Position numbers and translations under genes: made by a program. Under the pieces are notes generated by a model, which saw only the letters and a program-made list of their open reading frames with translations, was not told where the DNA came from and did no database searches. This document shows positions 1-13,180 of a DNA stretch of 64,000 nucleotides, piece by piece (the first letter of the stretch is position 1; each line of letters begins with the position of its first letter). This DNA comes from the human T2T-CHM13v2.0 reference genome, Homo sapiens, in NCBI RefSeq assembly GCF_009914755.1, contig NC_060937.1; one strand, given 5' to 3'.

Positions 1-522
1 TTTTCTATTCTGTTTCATTTTATACCTGTTTTTATACCAATACTATGCCGTTTTGGTCACTAGAGCCTTGTAATATATGTTGAAGTCAGATAGTATAATG
101 TCTCCAGCTTTCTTTTTACTTAGGATTGCTTCTCTATTCGAGCTCTTTTTTGGTTCCATATGAATTTTAGGATTATTTTTTCTACTTCTGTGAAGAATGA
201 CACTGGTATGTTGATAGGGATTTTATTGCATCTGTGTATTGCTGTGGGTTGTATGGTCATTTTAACAATATTGATTTTTTTCTGATCCATGAGCATGAGT
301 TGTCGTTCCATTTCTTTATGTCCTTCTCAATTGCTTTCATCAATGTTCTGTAGTTGTCCTTGTAGAGGTTTTTCACCTACTTCGTTAAATTTTTTTCCTA
401 GGTATTTTATTTTCTTGAGCTATGATAAATGGGATTTCCTTCTTGATTTCTTTCTCAGCTAGTTTATTATTGGTGTGTAGAAATGATACTAATTTTTGTA
501 TGTTGACTTTGTATCCTCCAAC

Positions 523-815
523 TTTTTTTTTTTTTGAATGGAGTCTTGCTCTGTAGTCCAGGCTGGAGTGCAGTGGTGCCATCTTGGCCCACTGCAGTGT
601 CCGCCTCCTGGGTTAAAGCCATTCTCCTGTCTCAGTCTCCTGAGTAGCTGGAACTACGGGCGCACGCAACCAGGCCTGGCTAATTTTTGTGTTTTTAGTA
701 GGGATGGGGTTTCACCGTATTGGTCAGGCTGGTCTTGAACTCCTGACCTCGGGTGATTCTCCTGCCTCGGTCTCTGAAAGTGCTGGGATTACAGGCATGA
801 GCCACCGCACCTGGC
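523..815 (-). mobile_element. Alu (S-type)
   Basis: Poly-T then antisense Alu body; flanking gtatcct(cc/at)aact target-site duplication (TSD). Confidence 0.92.
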
Positions 816-1778
816 TGTATCCTATAACTTTACTGAACTTACTTATCAGATCTAAGAGTTTTTGGTGGAGTCTTTAGGTTTTTCTAGATACAAGATCATG
901 TCATCTACAAAGAGGGACAGTTTTACTTCCTCTTTTCCAATTTGGATGTCTTTTATTTGTTTCTATTGTCTGATTGCTCTGGCTAAGACTTCCAGTACTG
1001 TGTTGAATAGGAGTGGCAAAAATAGACATCCTTGTCTTGTTCCAGTTCCTAGAGGAAAAGCTGAAAGCCACGATAGGATGGTGTTAACTGTGGGTTTGTC
1101 ATATGTAGCCTTTATTATGTCGAGGTATTAATAGGCTCCTTCAATGCCTAGTTTGTTGAGAGTTTTTATCATGAAGATCTTTTGAATTTTATCAAACCCT
1201 TTTTCTACATCTCTTGAAATGATCATATGGTTTTGTTCTTCATTCTGTTGATGTGGTGTGTTATCTTTGTTGATTGATGTATGTTGAACTACATTTGCAT
1301 TTCTGGGACAAATCCCACCTGATCCTGGTATGTTATCTTGTTGATATGCTGTTGGATTCAGTTGGTTAGTATTTTGTTGAGGATTTTTACATCTATGTTT
1401 ATCAGGGATATTAGAGTGTAACTGTTTTTTTTTGTTGCATTCTTATCTGGTTTTGGTATCAGGGTACTGCTAGCCTAGTAGAATGAGGAAGAATTCCCTC
1501 CTTTTCAATTTTTTGGACTAGTTTGAGGAGAACTGGTGTTAGTTTGTCTTTGTAAGTTTGGTAGAATTTGGTAGTGAAGTCATTAGCAGTGAAGCCATTG
1601 GGTCCTGGGCTTTTCACTGTTTGGATTCTTTTTTATTATGGATTCAATTTCATTACTCATGATTGGTCTCTTCAGGTTTTCTATTTATTCCTGATTCAAT
1701 CATGGTAGGTTATATGTGTCAAGGAATTTATGCATTTCCTCTAAGTTTTCTAGTTTATTAATATATAGTTGTTCATAA

Positions 1779-2142
<364 letters not shown>

Positions 2143-2528
2143 TAATGTCTTATTTTTCATCTTGGATTTTGTTTATTTGGATCATCTTTTTCATTTTCTT
2201 GTTTAGTCTAACTAGCCGTTTATTGATTTTGCTTACCTTTTTGAAAAAGGAACTTTTTGTTTCATTGATTCTTTATATTGTTTTTGAAATCTATTTCATT
2301 TAGTTCTGCTCTGATCTTTATTATGTCTGTCCTTCTACTAATTTGAGGTTTGCTTTGTTCTTGCTTTTCTAGTTCTTTGAAGTTATCATTAGTTTGTTTA
2401 TTTGAAATCTTTCTACTTTTAAAATATAGGTGTTTATTGCTATAAACTTCCCTCCTAGCACTGCTTTTGTTGTATCCCATAGGTTTTGTTATGTTGTTTT
2501 CAATTTTCACTTGTTTCAAGACATTTCA

Positions 2529-2865
<337 letters not shown>

Positions 2866-3290
2866 TAAAGGTCATTCAGGAGCATGTTGTTTAATTTCCA
2901 CGTATTTGTACAGATTCCAAAGTTTCTTTGTTATTGATTTCCTATCCTATGTCACTGTGGTCTGAGAAGATACTGGTATGATTTTGATTTTTGAAAATTT
3001 GTTGAGACTTATTCTATGTCCTAACATATGGTCTATCTTGGAGAATGTTTCATGTGCTGGTGAAGAGGTATGTGTATTCTGTAACTGTTGAATGAAATGT
3101 TCTATAAATGTCTGTTAGATCCATTTGTTCTAAAGCACAGTTTAAAATCAGTGTTTCTTTGTTAATTTCCTGTTTAGATGATCTGTCTAATGCTGAGTAG
3201 AGTGTTGAAGTCCTCATCTATTATTGCAGTCTATCTCTCCCTTTAGATCTAATGACATTTGCTTTATATATCTGGGTATCCCAGTATTGA

Positions 3291-3679
<389 letters not shown>

Positions 3680-4199
3680 TCTTTTTACTGTTTTTGACTT
3701 AAAGTCTGTTTTATCTGATATAAGTATAGCTGCTCCTGATCACTTTTGGTTTCCCTTTGCACAGAATATCTTTTTCCAGTCCTTTCCTTTCAGTCTGTGT
3801 GTCTCCACAGGTGAGGTGAGTTTCTTGCAGTTGGCATATATTTGGGTCATGTTTATTTTTTAAATCCGTTCAGCCAGTCTGTGTCTTTTCAGTGGAAAGT
3901 TTAATCTATTTACATTGAAGACTATTTTTGATATGTGAGGGTTATTCCTGTCATTTTATTAATTGATTTCTGGTTGCTTTATATGTCCTTTGTCCCTTTC
4001 TTTCTCTCTTATTGTTGATCATTGTGGATTGGTGGTTTTCTTTAGTGATAACTTTTGAATTGTTCTTCTTATTTATGTGCTTGCTCTACCAGTGGGTTTT
4101 ATACTTTCATGTGTTTCTGTGATGGTAGATATCATCCTTTTGCTTCCAGCTGTAGGACTGCCTTACATGTTTCTTATATACCTGGTTGAGTGGTGATGG

Positions 4200-5220
4200 A
4201 AAACCAACGGCTACCATTAAACTTAGTGGTGAAAGTCTTAAAGCTTTTCTCCTAAGATGAGGAACAAGCCAAGGATGCCTGCTCTTGCTTTTTCTATTCA
4301 ACATTGTACTGGAGGTTCTAGCCAGGATAATTAGACAAAAAAACCAAAACAAAACCAACAACAAAAAAGAAAAAGCATCTAGATTGGAATGGAAAAAGTG
4401 AAACTGTATTTTTTGCAGATAAATAATGTTGTATATAGAAAATCTAAGGAACCCACAACAACGATAACAACAACAAACCTGCCGGAGCAACAGTTGAGTT
4501 CACAAAAGATATAAGATCAATGTGCAAAAAGTTATATTTAGAAACACTAGCAATGAGTAGCCTGAAAATGAAATTAAGAAAGTAATTTTATTTACAATAG
4601 CATTAAAAAATAAGACTAAAACAAAAGAAATGTAAGACTACAAAACATTATTGAAAGTGATTAAGTAAAGACCTAAATAAATAGATACACATTCTGGGTT
4701 TATTGAATGGAAGACATTACTGTTAAGATGACAGTACTCCACAAATTGATCTACATATTCAACTCAGTTCCTATCAGAATCCTAGCTTCTATTTTGCAGA
4801 AATTGACTTGCTGATCCTAAAATTCATTTGAAAATGCAAGGGACTCCGAAGAAGCAAAATGATCTTGAAGAAGAACAATGAAGTTGCAGAGTCCACACTT
4901 TATTATTTCAAAACTTACTTATAGTGGTTAAAATTGTGTAGTACTGGAATAAGGATAGACATGTAGATCAATGGAATAGAATTGAGAGTCCAGAAGTAAA
5001 TTCATACATTTAAGGTCAATTGATTTTCCACAAGGGTATCAAGGCCATTCAGTGGAAAAGAACAGTCTCTTCAGCAAGTGGATGAAGTTAGATCTCTTCC
5101 TCACATCATACAGAAAAATCAACCTCAAATGGAAGAAATATCTAAATGTAAGATCCCAAACCGTACTCTTAGACAAAAACATAGGTGTAAATTTTTCTGA
5201 TACTGACTTAGTAATGATTT
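4200..5220 (+). mobile_element. Old L1M ORF2 fragment, sense
   Basis: aaagcttttctcctaagatgaggaacaagccaaggatgcc ... gatcaatggaatagaattgagagtccaga typical of L1 ORF2. Confidence 0.8.
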
Positions 5221-6340
5221 CTTTTTTTCCTCTCCTTTTATGTGGGACAGGAAAACTAGAGGGGTTTAGAGTTGTCTTACTGCTTTTCCCCTATGTCAGA
5301 CAAGGCCCTGATAAAGCAGTTTTTCTTTAGGGCAGGGCTTTCACACAGAGAATAGAATGCTCTGGGCATATTTCAAAATGGTTGCTGTACCCACTCACTC
5401 TATCCACCAACTAGGGTATATTTTGAAATGGTTGCTTTTCCCTTTTCCTTGCCTAAAGAGCCTGAGGAAATTTTCTTCAGCCTTCATCATGAGAACCAGC
5501 TAGGGTTTCTGGAAGTAACATTCATGAAAGTATAAGGGGTTCCCAAGGCGGGACTTCAACAAGTTTTTAACTCTCAAGCTAGTCCACACTCAGCCACCGG
5601 TAATTAATTGACTAGCATTTAAGTGTTCCTACCAATTACTGGCTCCTGTGGCTTCTGCTCTCAGGTAAACTGTGATGTTCTGTAGTCACGTGTCTCTCTA
5701 GTTTTTGAGGAAGTGGTTTGCCCTGTGACCTCTATTCTCTGACAGATCTAAGAAAAGTTGTTGATTTTCAGTTTGATTATCTTTTTTCCTGTTGTGAAGA
5801 TGGGAGTGATGACTTCCAAGTTCTCTGCATGTTGGAGTGGGAACTGGAAGACCTAATTAACTTCTTAAGAAACTGCCAAACTGTTTTCCAAAGTGGATCT
5901 AGCACTTTACATTCCTGGCATTGTATGAGAGTTTCAGTTTCTCTCTATCTTTGTCAACACGCCATCTTTCTAATTTTAGATATTCTAATAGGTATCTAGT
6001 GGTTTCTTATTGTAGTTTGAATCTGCATTTCTCTAATAGCTAGTTATGATGGCCCTCTTTTCATTGGCTTGTCAGTTGCAAATCTTTATTAGTGAAGTAT
6101 CTGTTCACATATTTTGCCCATTTTTTAAAAGTTGGGTTGTTTTCTTACATTTGAAGTTTATTTTTTCTTATAATCAAAATTTTAATGTATACATAACAAA
6201 TTGTACATATGAGGTACAGTGTGATGTTTCAGTACATTTTACATGGTATAATGATCAAATCATGGTAATTAGCATATCCATTGCCTTAAACATTTACCAT
6301 TTCTTTGCTGTAAGAACACTCAAAATCCTCTCTTCTAACT
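5220..6340 (-). mobile_element. Ancient L1M fragments (5'-end-like then 3'-end-like)
   Basis: ccctgtgacctctattctctgacagatctaagaaaagttgttgattttcag; aaactgccaaactgttttccaaagtgg. Confidence 0.6.
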
Positions 6341-6734
6341 AGAATATGGGTGTATTTTAAATGTACACCTATTTATTTTCTCACAATCCTAGAAAATGAT
6401 AGCTTGAGTCAATGAAGTTTCCCCTGCAAGTCCTATCAACCTTGCTTACTTTAGTGAAATTTAATATGGTCTAGAAAACACTGAGCCCTCTGGTTATTCT
6501 CTCTAACCCACAAAGGAAGCCGAACACTTGATAAAAAGTTCATCAGCGTAAATAAGAAGAATCCCCTCCATTACATACAAAAGAAAAAATAACTGGAGAG
6601 ATCATCTCTGCTCTAAGGTGATTATCCTGTGGTCTTTGGTTTTGGTACGTTCTCCCCGACCCCATGCCCTTTTCCCTCATCTTTAATGAGTATCTGTATG
6701 TGTGGCAGAACAGCGTGTTTTTAAGTCTCTGCAG

Positions 6735-6854
6735 TCTTGGACCAAGCTCGTTTTATTCCCTACTCTACGAGAATCTCAAGAGCACCAGGATTCTGTTTGG
6801 AGTTGCCATGGACACAGAGTTCTTAATCCAGTACTGGCTTATTCTCAATACGAG
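6735..6854 (+). pseudogene. Candidate first coding exon with Kozak ATG at 6808 (MDTEFLIQYWLILNT), phase 2
   Basis: Acceptor tctctgcag ends 6734; gccATGg at 6805-6811; donor GAG|gtaaag after 6854; phase 2 matches the next exon (AG+T=Ser). No homology recognised, so this is inferred from signals only. Confidence 0.45.
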
Positions 6855-9729
6855 GTAAAGACCTAGAGGTGAGGGTCTCTGAGCAAGGTAGTCCCATCCC
6901 ATCCTCTGCCCTCTCTGTTGGCTAATGTTGTCCTCTCATCCTCATCAGGAGAATTAAAATCATGTAAAGTTTTGGTGGGGGAACTAGGTGGTGGTTTCTG
7001 GGGCCCACAGACAGGAAAGTTTGCTTATAGCCAGTTGGGGGGACCACTAATTGATATTCCTTTCCCCTCCCAGGGACCTTACGGAGTCCCCTTATCCTCA
7101 GGGTACTGGGGGACAACTAGTGGGTGTAGGGCCAAATAGTAATAACCTTGTTATTTGCCAGGAATGGGGTAAAGATTTGATCTAACAAGCTTGGTTTTGG
7201 GAATTAAAAAATGAAAAAAGGAAAAGCTATAATCCTGAAAGGCAACAGGAGAGAAAAGTGCTAACAGGATCTTGAATAAATTTCTCCCTCTTAGAGAAAG
7301 TTGTACTGAAGACACGAGACCTGAGACTTGTGTCATTTTAGCGGCTGAACCGACCCCAACTTCTTCTGAGCGGCAGTGGCGCCAGAAGCAGTCTGGCTTT
7401 CAGGTAAGCAGGTCCAGGGCTTACAGGGAGAAACTCCCAGGTATCCAGCTCTGCCTTGGGTTGCCCTGGTTCACATCCAAAGGTGTGCTTGGGCCACATC
7501 TCTGGAGCAGAAGGTGGTAGACTGAGAGCTTTGATATTTCTATTTCTATTGCACATGAGCTGGTATAACCCCAAAGGTATGGAATTTGCTGCTGTCTGTG
7601 ACCCAGCAAATAGAAATAGGAAAGTAATGAGGTAGAAAAATAATAGAAATAGAAAAAAAATTGTAAAAATAAAATAAGCTTCATTCTATGCCTGTTAATG
7701 TCCTTAAAAATAGGACATTTTTAGGCAGTGTGATAACATGCATCTACTGGTTGCTTTCATATTTCCTATAGGGGTGGCTGCTTGCCCTAATGGTGGATGC
7801 TCTGTTCAGGATGGTGACCTAGTGCTCAGCTCTGGAAGCCACTCCACAGAGATGGCCACCGAAAGGGCTTCAGTGGTCCCATCTCAACACCTGAAACATT
7901 GTTAATTATTACAGTGAAGGCCACAAATGGGCTTTTATTAGTGAGATTGGTGACTTACAAAGCAGCATGATGGTTGTTACAATTATATGACATTTTAAGA
8001 TCTGTGAATCAGCTAAAGTGTTTTGGAGACAGCCCACCCTTGCATAAACAGGATAAAGGTTTATGAATATGGCCTGTAGTGTATACTTAGAGATGACACC
8101 CCAGGCTTGATCCTCATATGGTCCTATCTCCAGGAAGGTTTAGGAAGATTTTGGCCTCTGGAATATTAGGATTCTGTTGAGAATGAACCTTTCATGCTTG
8201 GAGCACCTAAAGTACAGAAAGCTTACAGAAGCTTATGTACCGTGCCTGCTTGCTACTGAATGTTTTGTTAAATGAATATCTGTATGTGTGGCAGATTTGA
8301 TTGGAGAGCTGCTTTTCATTATAACCTGGTAGCCTGATTATAAAGGTGTAGCTAACCTTCACCTAACTCAAACTTCTGTGGTTTCTCCTGTCTACCAAAA
8401 AGCATTTAAGAATTCTGCGTGATCACGTTATTTTAGGATAGTTTGCCATTCTCACCTTCCTTAGAAGGCAATTTAGCTAGCTACTTATGCATGTCCCATG
8501 AGGGAAGTCAGTCTGTGCTCCCAAGCAGCTTATCAAAGTATGATTTCAGACTTCATGCAATACTCTCCCTGAAAGGAGTTCAGGTAACATGTATGGATGT
8601 CTTGTGTCCTTTTTGGAGATTAGTTTCCCAAGGAACTCGCTTAGCAGTCCTGGCTTGTCACCTGGATCTGAAGAGTAATTTGAGTGTCTTCCCATTCTCT
8701 TCCTCGGTAGAAGATATCTGAAAAATCCAGTAATCATTCAATAAGGCTGCTTATGTCAGAAACTCAAATTCTTATGTTTTTGGCGTTTTGAACATTTTCC
8801 CCTGTTATGACTTATTAGTGTATTCTGCATAGACAACCCAGTTGTCCTTCCTGCAGAAAAGCAGCAGATACCTCTAGATGCCTTTCTTTTTGTAAAAGGT
8901 ATTGTTTTTCCTGAGACCTGGATGAATTTCCATGAGCCATTCAAGGGCATGAGAACACCCACTTAGAACTTGAGAGGTTCCCTTCATGGCCCTCAGACTG
9001 GGCTAACGAGATTTGATAATTTGAACTCCAGCACTCCTTTCCTCACAGGCTGAAAGAATAGCACAGTATTAATGTCTATCTGCGCTTAAAGGTTTGAGCT
9101 ATCGACCACAGTCCAAAATTAGTTTGTGTAGGAGAACTTTTACTTAAAGACATAAAAAGATACCGTTTAATATATTGCTTCTAAAATGTGTTTCTCACAC
9201 ATTTCCACTGTGAGAACGAGGTTCTGTGGTCAAATAAGTCCAGAAACCTCAGCATGCTCTAGGGAATCCCAGTTTTTATCAGCAGCAGCCAAAAAAAAAA
9301 AAGCGTGCAATCAGTTTCTGAAACTTATTTAAACATTTGAAAAGTTAGCAAATTGTGGCAAAGAGCATTAATTCTTGAGTCTTGGGAGTGTATTACTTTG
9401 ATAAGCATGTTTGTGTATTTGAAACTAAAACTATGTATCAGCTTATATTGCCACATACTGATTTTTATGACATAATATATGGTGTAGAGAACAGGTGGTC
9501 TAAAAACCAATATTTGCAAAATGCTGAATATTCAGCATGGTTTTATGAAGTTGACAGATGTGGAGTGTATTCTGCATGTGTCTTAACTTACAGATGAGGA
9601 AATGAAGTTGTAGAGAGATTAAATTAGCTAAGCCAGTGGTTTGGGTGCTAGGAAGTCTTGATTTTGTAAAATATAGCCATATAATTTAAAAAAACCGAGA
9701 ATCCAGACAAAAAGAAAACAAAATCAGGG

Positions 9730-10439
9730 CAACAGCGATTTTCAGGGAAGAAAGGAGTTAACTATAAGGTCTGACTGCCTGCGGGGCCGGGCAGAACAGA
9801 GTCTTATTTCTCTTCTTGGAGAAAGCAAGTAGGAGAAGTATCACTGAGTTCTTTTCCCAGCAAGGAATAACCCTGGGAAAGGAATGCATTCCCAGGGAGA
9901 GGTCTATAAATGGCCGCTCTGGGAGTGTCTGTCTTACGCAGTTGAAGATAAGGGATGAAATACTCCCTGGTCTTCTGCAGTGCCCTCAGGCTTGCTAGGA
10001 TTAGGAAATTCCAGCCTGGCGAATTCTAGTCGGACCCATTGTCTGCTCTGGAACCCTGTTTCCTGTTAAGATGTTTATCAGTGACAATGGGTGCCCAGTG
10101 GGACATGGAACCTCATCAGTAATTCTAATTTCGCCCTGGCCTTGTGATCTTGCTCTGCCTGTCTTCCCTTGTGATCTTTTATTGGCCTTTCAAGCATGTG
10201 ATCTTGTAACTTACTCCCTGTTCCTACCCCCCTCCCCTTTTGAAATCCCTAATAAAAACTTGCTGGTTTTGCGGCTCAGGAGGCATCACTGAACCTGCCA
10301 ACATGTGATGTCAGCCCTGGAGGCCCAGCTGTAAAATTTCTCTCTTTGTACTCTTTCTCTTTATTTCTCAGACTGGCTGACACTTAGGGAAAATAGACAA
10401 GAATCTATGTTGACATATTGGGGGCTGGTTCCCCCGATG
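9730..10439 (+). mobile_element. MER11 (HERV-K/HML-8) LTR, 5'-truncated
   Basis: taaggtctgactgcctgcggggccgggcagaacagagtc ... AATAAA 10251-10256 ... ends tattgggggctggttcccccgat, matching MER11 as I recall it. Confidence 0.82.
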
Positions 10440-10792
10440 ACAACTAGGATGGGTGAAAACTGAGGAGGTGATTGGAGGTAATAGAGAATGAGGTACTCAG
10501 ATGAAATTATAAGAAGGGGACTTAATACTAAAGTTGAACTGGAATTAACTGCCCTCGAAAAAGGTTGTTACACATTGAGGTGAAGTTGCAGTTACTTAGT
10601 CTGGATGCATCGCTATGTTCACAGCCCAAGATATTCACTGTTGGCACATAAAACCTCATTTCTAATAAGAAAAAATTTCATCCCAGTTCAATGAGTGTAT
10701 GCAAGGAATCACTCATAGAGTTAGTGTAGCTCTTTGATTCAAAGCATTAGAATAATGTGTCCTGTCTGACTCTGATCATATTTGTCCCACAG

Positions 10793-10846
10793 TCCCCATC
10801 CTGTTGACCTGGTGGAAGTCATCATTGATAGAGACACCGATGACAT
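10793..10846 (+). pseudogene. TPTE2: TPTE-like N-terminal 54-nt repeat exon 1 (PHPVDLVEVIIDRDTDD)
   Basis: cccacag|T CCC CAT ... GAC AT|gtgagt; resembles TPTE PDPTDLAGVIIELGPNDS; phase 2/2. Confidence 0.75.
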
Positions 10847-11753
10847 GTGAGTTATAAAGGATGTACACACAAACATACACAAACAAAACAGTGACAGAGA
10901 AAGATATTCAGATTAGTGGGATTTGCTCTCAGGAGTGTCCATGGCAATACAGAGTGTCTTGGACACAGTTCATCTTCTCACTGTAGCACCTATAGTTAAA
11001 CATCCACATTTTTACAATTGTTTTGGATAAAAGAGGAACAGAGTATCTGGCTGTTACTGTCTTTTCACCATTTGTTAGTAGCAGCCAAATGCCTTGAAAA
11101 CTCAGATTTTCTGTGTATGAGACATACTAGAGTGGGCCGAGGGAAGAGAAAATCCTATTTGGAGCAAGGAAGAGGTAGGAGTACTTGGGTAACTGTGAAG
11201 TCCTCAGCAGAAAGGAACAGAGCTAAGAGACTTGGAGGTGTTCTCCAGCCTCCAGAACTCTGCCACCATGGAGGCTGGTGCTCCGGACCTTATATCACCA
11301 CCATATCGGGTTGTGCCCCTGTGAAAAACCTCTAGTTACTTGATGCGTTTTGTGGGGCTGGGGAGACGCCCATGCTGGGTGAAAGTAATGAGGTAATGGA
11401 GGATTTTTGAAGCAGGACATTCAATGGATTAAGAGGGGTGACTACCTAAAAATTGGAGTTGAGTTTGAAATAACTGCCACCACAAAGGCTGTCACACGTT
11501 GGGATGAGGTTGTAATGAAAAGGTTCACTTAAATCTGGAAGCATTACTATTTTCTCCATCCTAAGATGGTGGTAGCCATCATATAAATCCTGATTTCTGA
11601 TAAAAAATGATATTTCAGGTCCACATAGTGCTGTACACATGAATAGTCAGAAATTAACCAGTTTATGTTTAGAGTAATGAAAGCTAGTTTTTCCCGAAAA
11701 GTAAATTTCGAATTATGTCACCTGTCTGACTGTATTCTTTTATCATCCTCTAG

Positions 11754-11807
11754 TCCCCACACAAGTGAACTGACAGGAGGAACCAAGGAAGCATGTATCT
11801 ACGAAAG
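11754..11807 (+). pseudogene. TPTE2: TPTE-like N-terminal 54-nt repeat exon 2 (PHTSELTGGTKEACIYE)
   Basis: cctctag|T CCC CAC ACA AGT GAA ... GAA AG|gtgagt; resembles TPTE/TPTE2 PHTSEFKGA../PQTSEFKGATEEAPAKES; phase 2/2. Confidence 0.85.
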
Positions 11808-13129
11808 GTGAGTTATAAATAGATAAATAAAGACACATGTATGCGTAAGTGTGCATAGAAGTATATACACATGCACAGGCATGTAAACAAATCTGTCCAT
11901 CCATCTATACACACTTCTCTCAACACACGTACACAAACAAACCCATGCACACAATTGAATCTTAAAACAAGGAGACAGATGGACATTTGTGGAATTTTCT
12001 CTCAGGAGCCTGCATGGCCATACAGTGTTTTTTAACAGGGTTTCCAGTTCTTCTCGTTGTAGCATTTGTAGGTAACTTTGCATCCTTTTTTGATGGAGTT
12101 ATATAAAGAGGAGCAAGTCATAGAAGGTTGCTTCTTCCTGTTAGTGTATTCATCACCTTTAGTTCTTAGTAAGCAGTTTTTTAAGGGACTCAGAGTTCCT
12201 GAGTTCGAGAGCCTACCAGAGTGGCCCAGGGGAGGCGAGAATCCTATTTGCGACATGGAGGAGATAGCAGCAGACAAGGAGCAGTGGAGCCCTGGGCAGA
12301 AAGGAATGGAGCTAATGGAACATGGACTTGTCCCTCACCGTCCAGACCTCTGTCAACATGTGAGGTTGGTGCCCAGACCCAACCCCAAACCCACCAGCTC
12401 ATTGGATGCAGCCCTTCTTTAGGCCCACAGCTACTTGCCTGTGTCTCATGGACAGGAAAGACTAGCATGATGGGTGAAAGGAAGGACATGATGGATGGTT
12501 TTCACAGGCATATTCAGACTTCTACTGGAAATAAATCATAAAAAATGTAAGTTACAGGGAAAACCTGATGCAAGTTAATTATAGTGTAATGCTCAAGAAA
12601 ATTTACAAAATTAATTAGATGTTACAGAAGCTATAAAAAGATTGTGTTTGATCAGTGACTAATTTTTAAAGAGGTTCTTTGTGCTACGTATTACCACTTC
12701 TTTTGCAAGGAAACATCAAGATTGTGAATTCTGTAATTGCTCATTAAGCAGTAGTACATCAGTTGAATATGTAGTATTGATTTCTTAAGCCAGTAAATAA
12801 AAATTTTCTCTATTCATTTTATGGTACAGTGGAGGCATGGGTGAATTAAAATGTATTTCTAATATGTAGATAGGTTTAATTTTTATATAGTCATTTAATT
12901 GTTTAATTAATTGGCCATTGAAAAATGAGTCTTTGTTAATTGTTGGAATTTACTTACTGGACTTACGTGGTAGGATTTGCATACCCTCACCCATTACATA
13001 TGTGTATAGTTGATATTTTATTTTTATGGAAAAACTACTTTTGGTGCAAAAATTGTTTTTGCTACTAGTGTCAAAAAAAGAGAAAATCATGTGGTGTTTA
13101 TATGGCTCTGTACCTTTTTACTCCATGAG

Positions 13130-13180
13130 CACTGCCTTCAGTGAAATGACAATAACTCATGCAGCATCCTTCAACAAAAA
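13130..13180 (+). pseudogene. Degenerate third repeat exon (51 nt, TAFSEMTITHAASFNK)
   Basis: Same position in the third copy of the repeated unit; weak gag acceptor; AA|gtgagg donor; open frame, phase 2/2. Confidence 0.35.

Noticed and set aside
7342-7403. Possible 62-nt cassette exon (ttttag|...CAG|gtaagc)
   Set aside because: Good donor but no recognisable homology and it breaks the frame; unsupported without RNA data.
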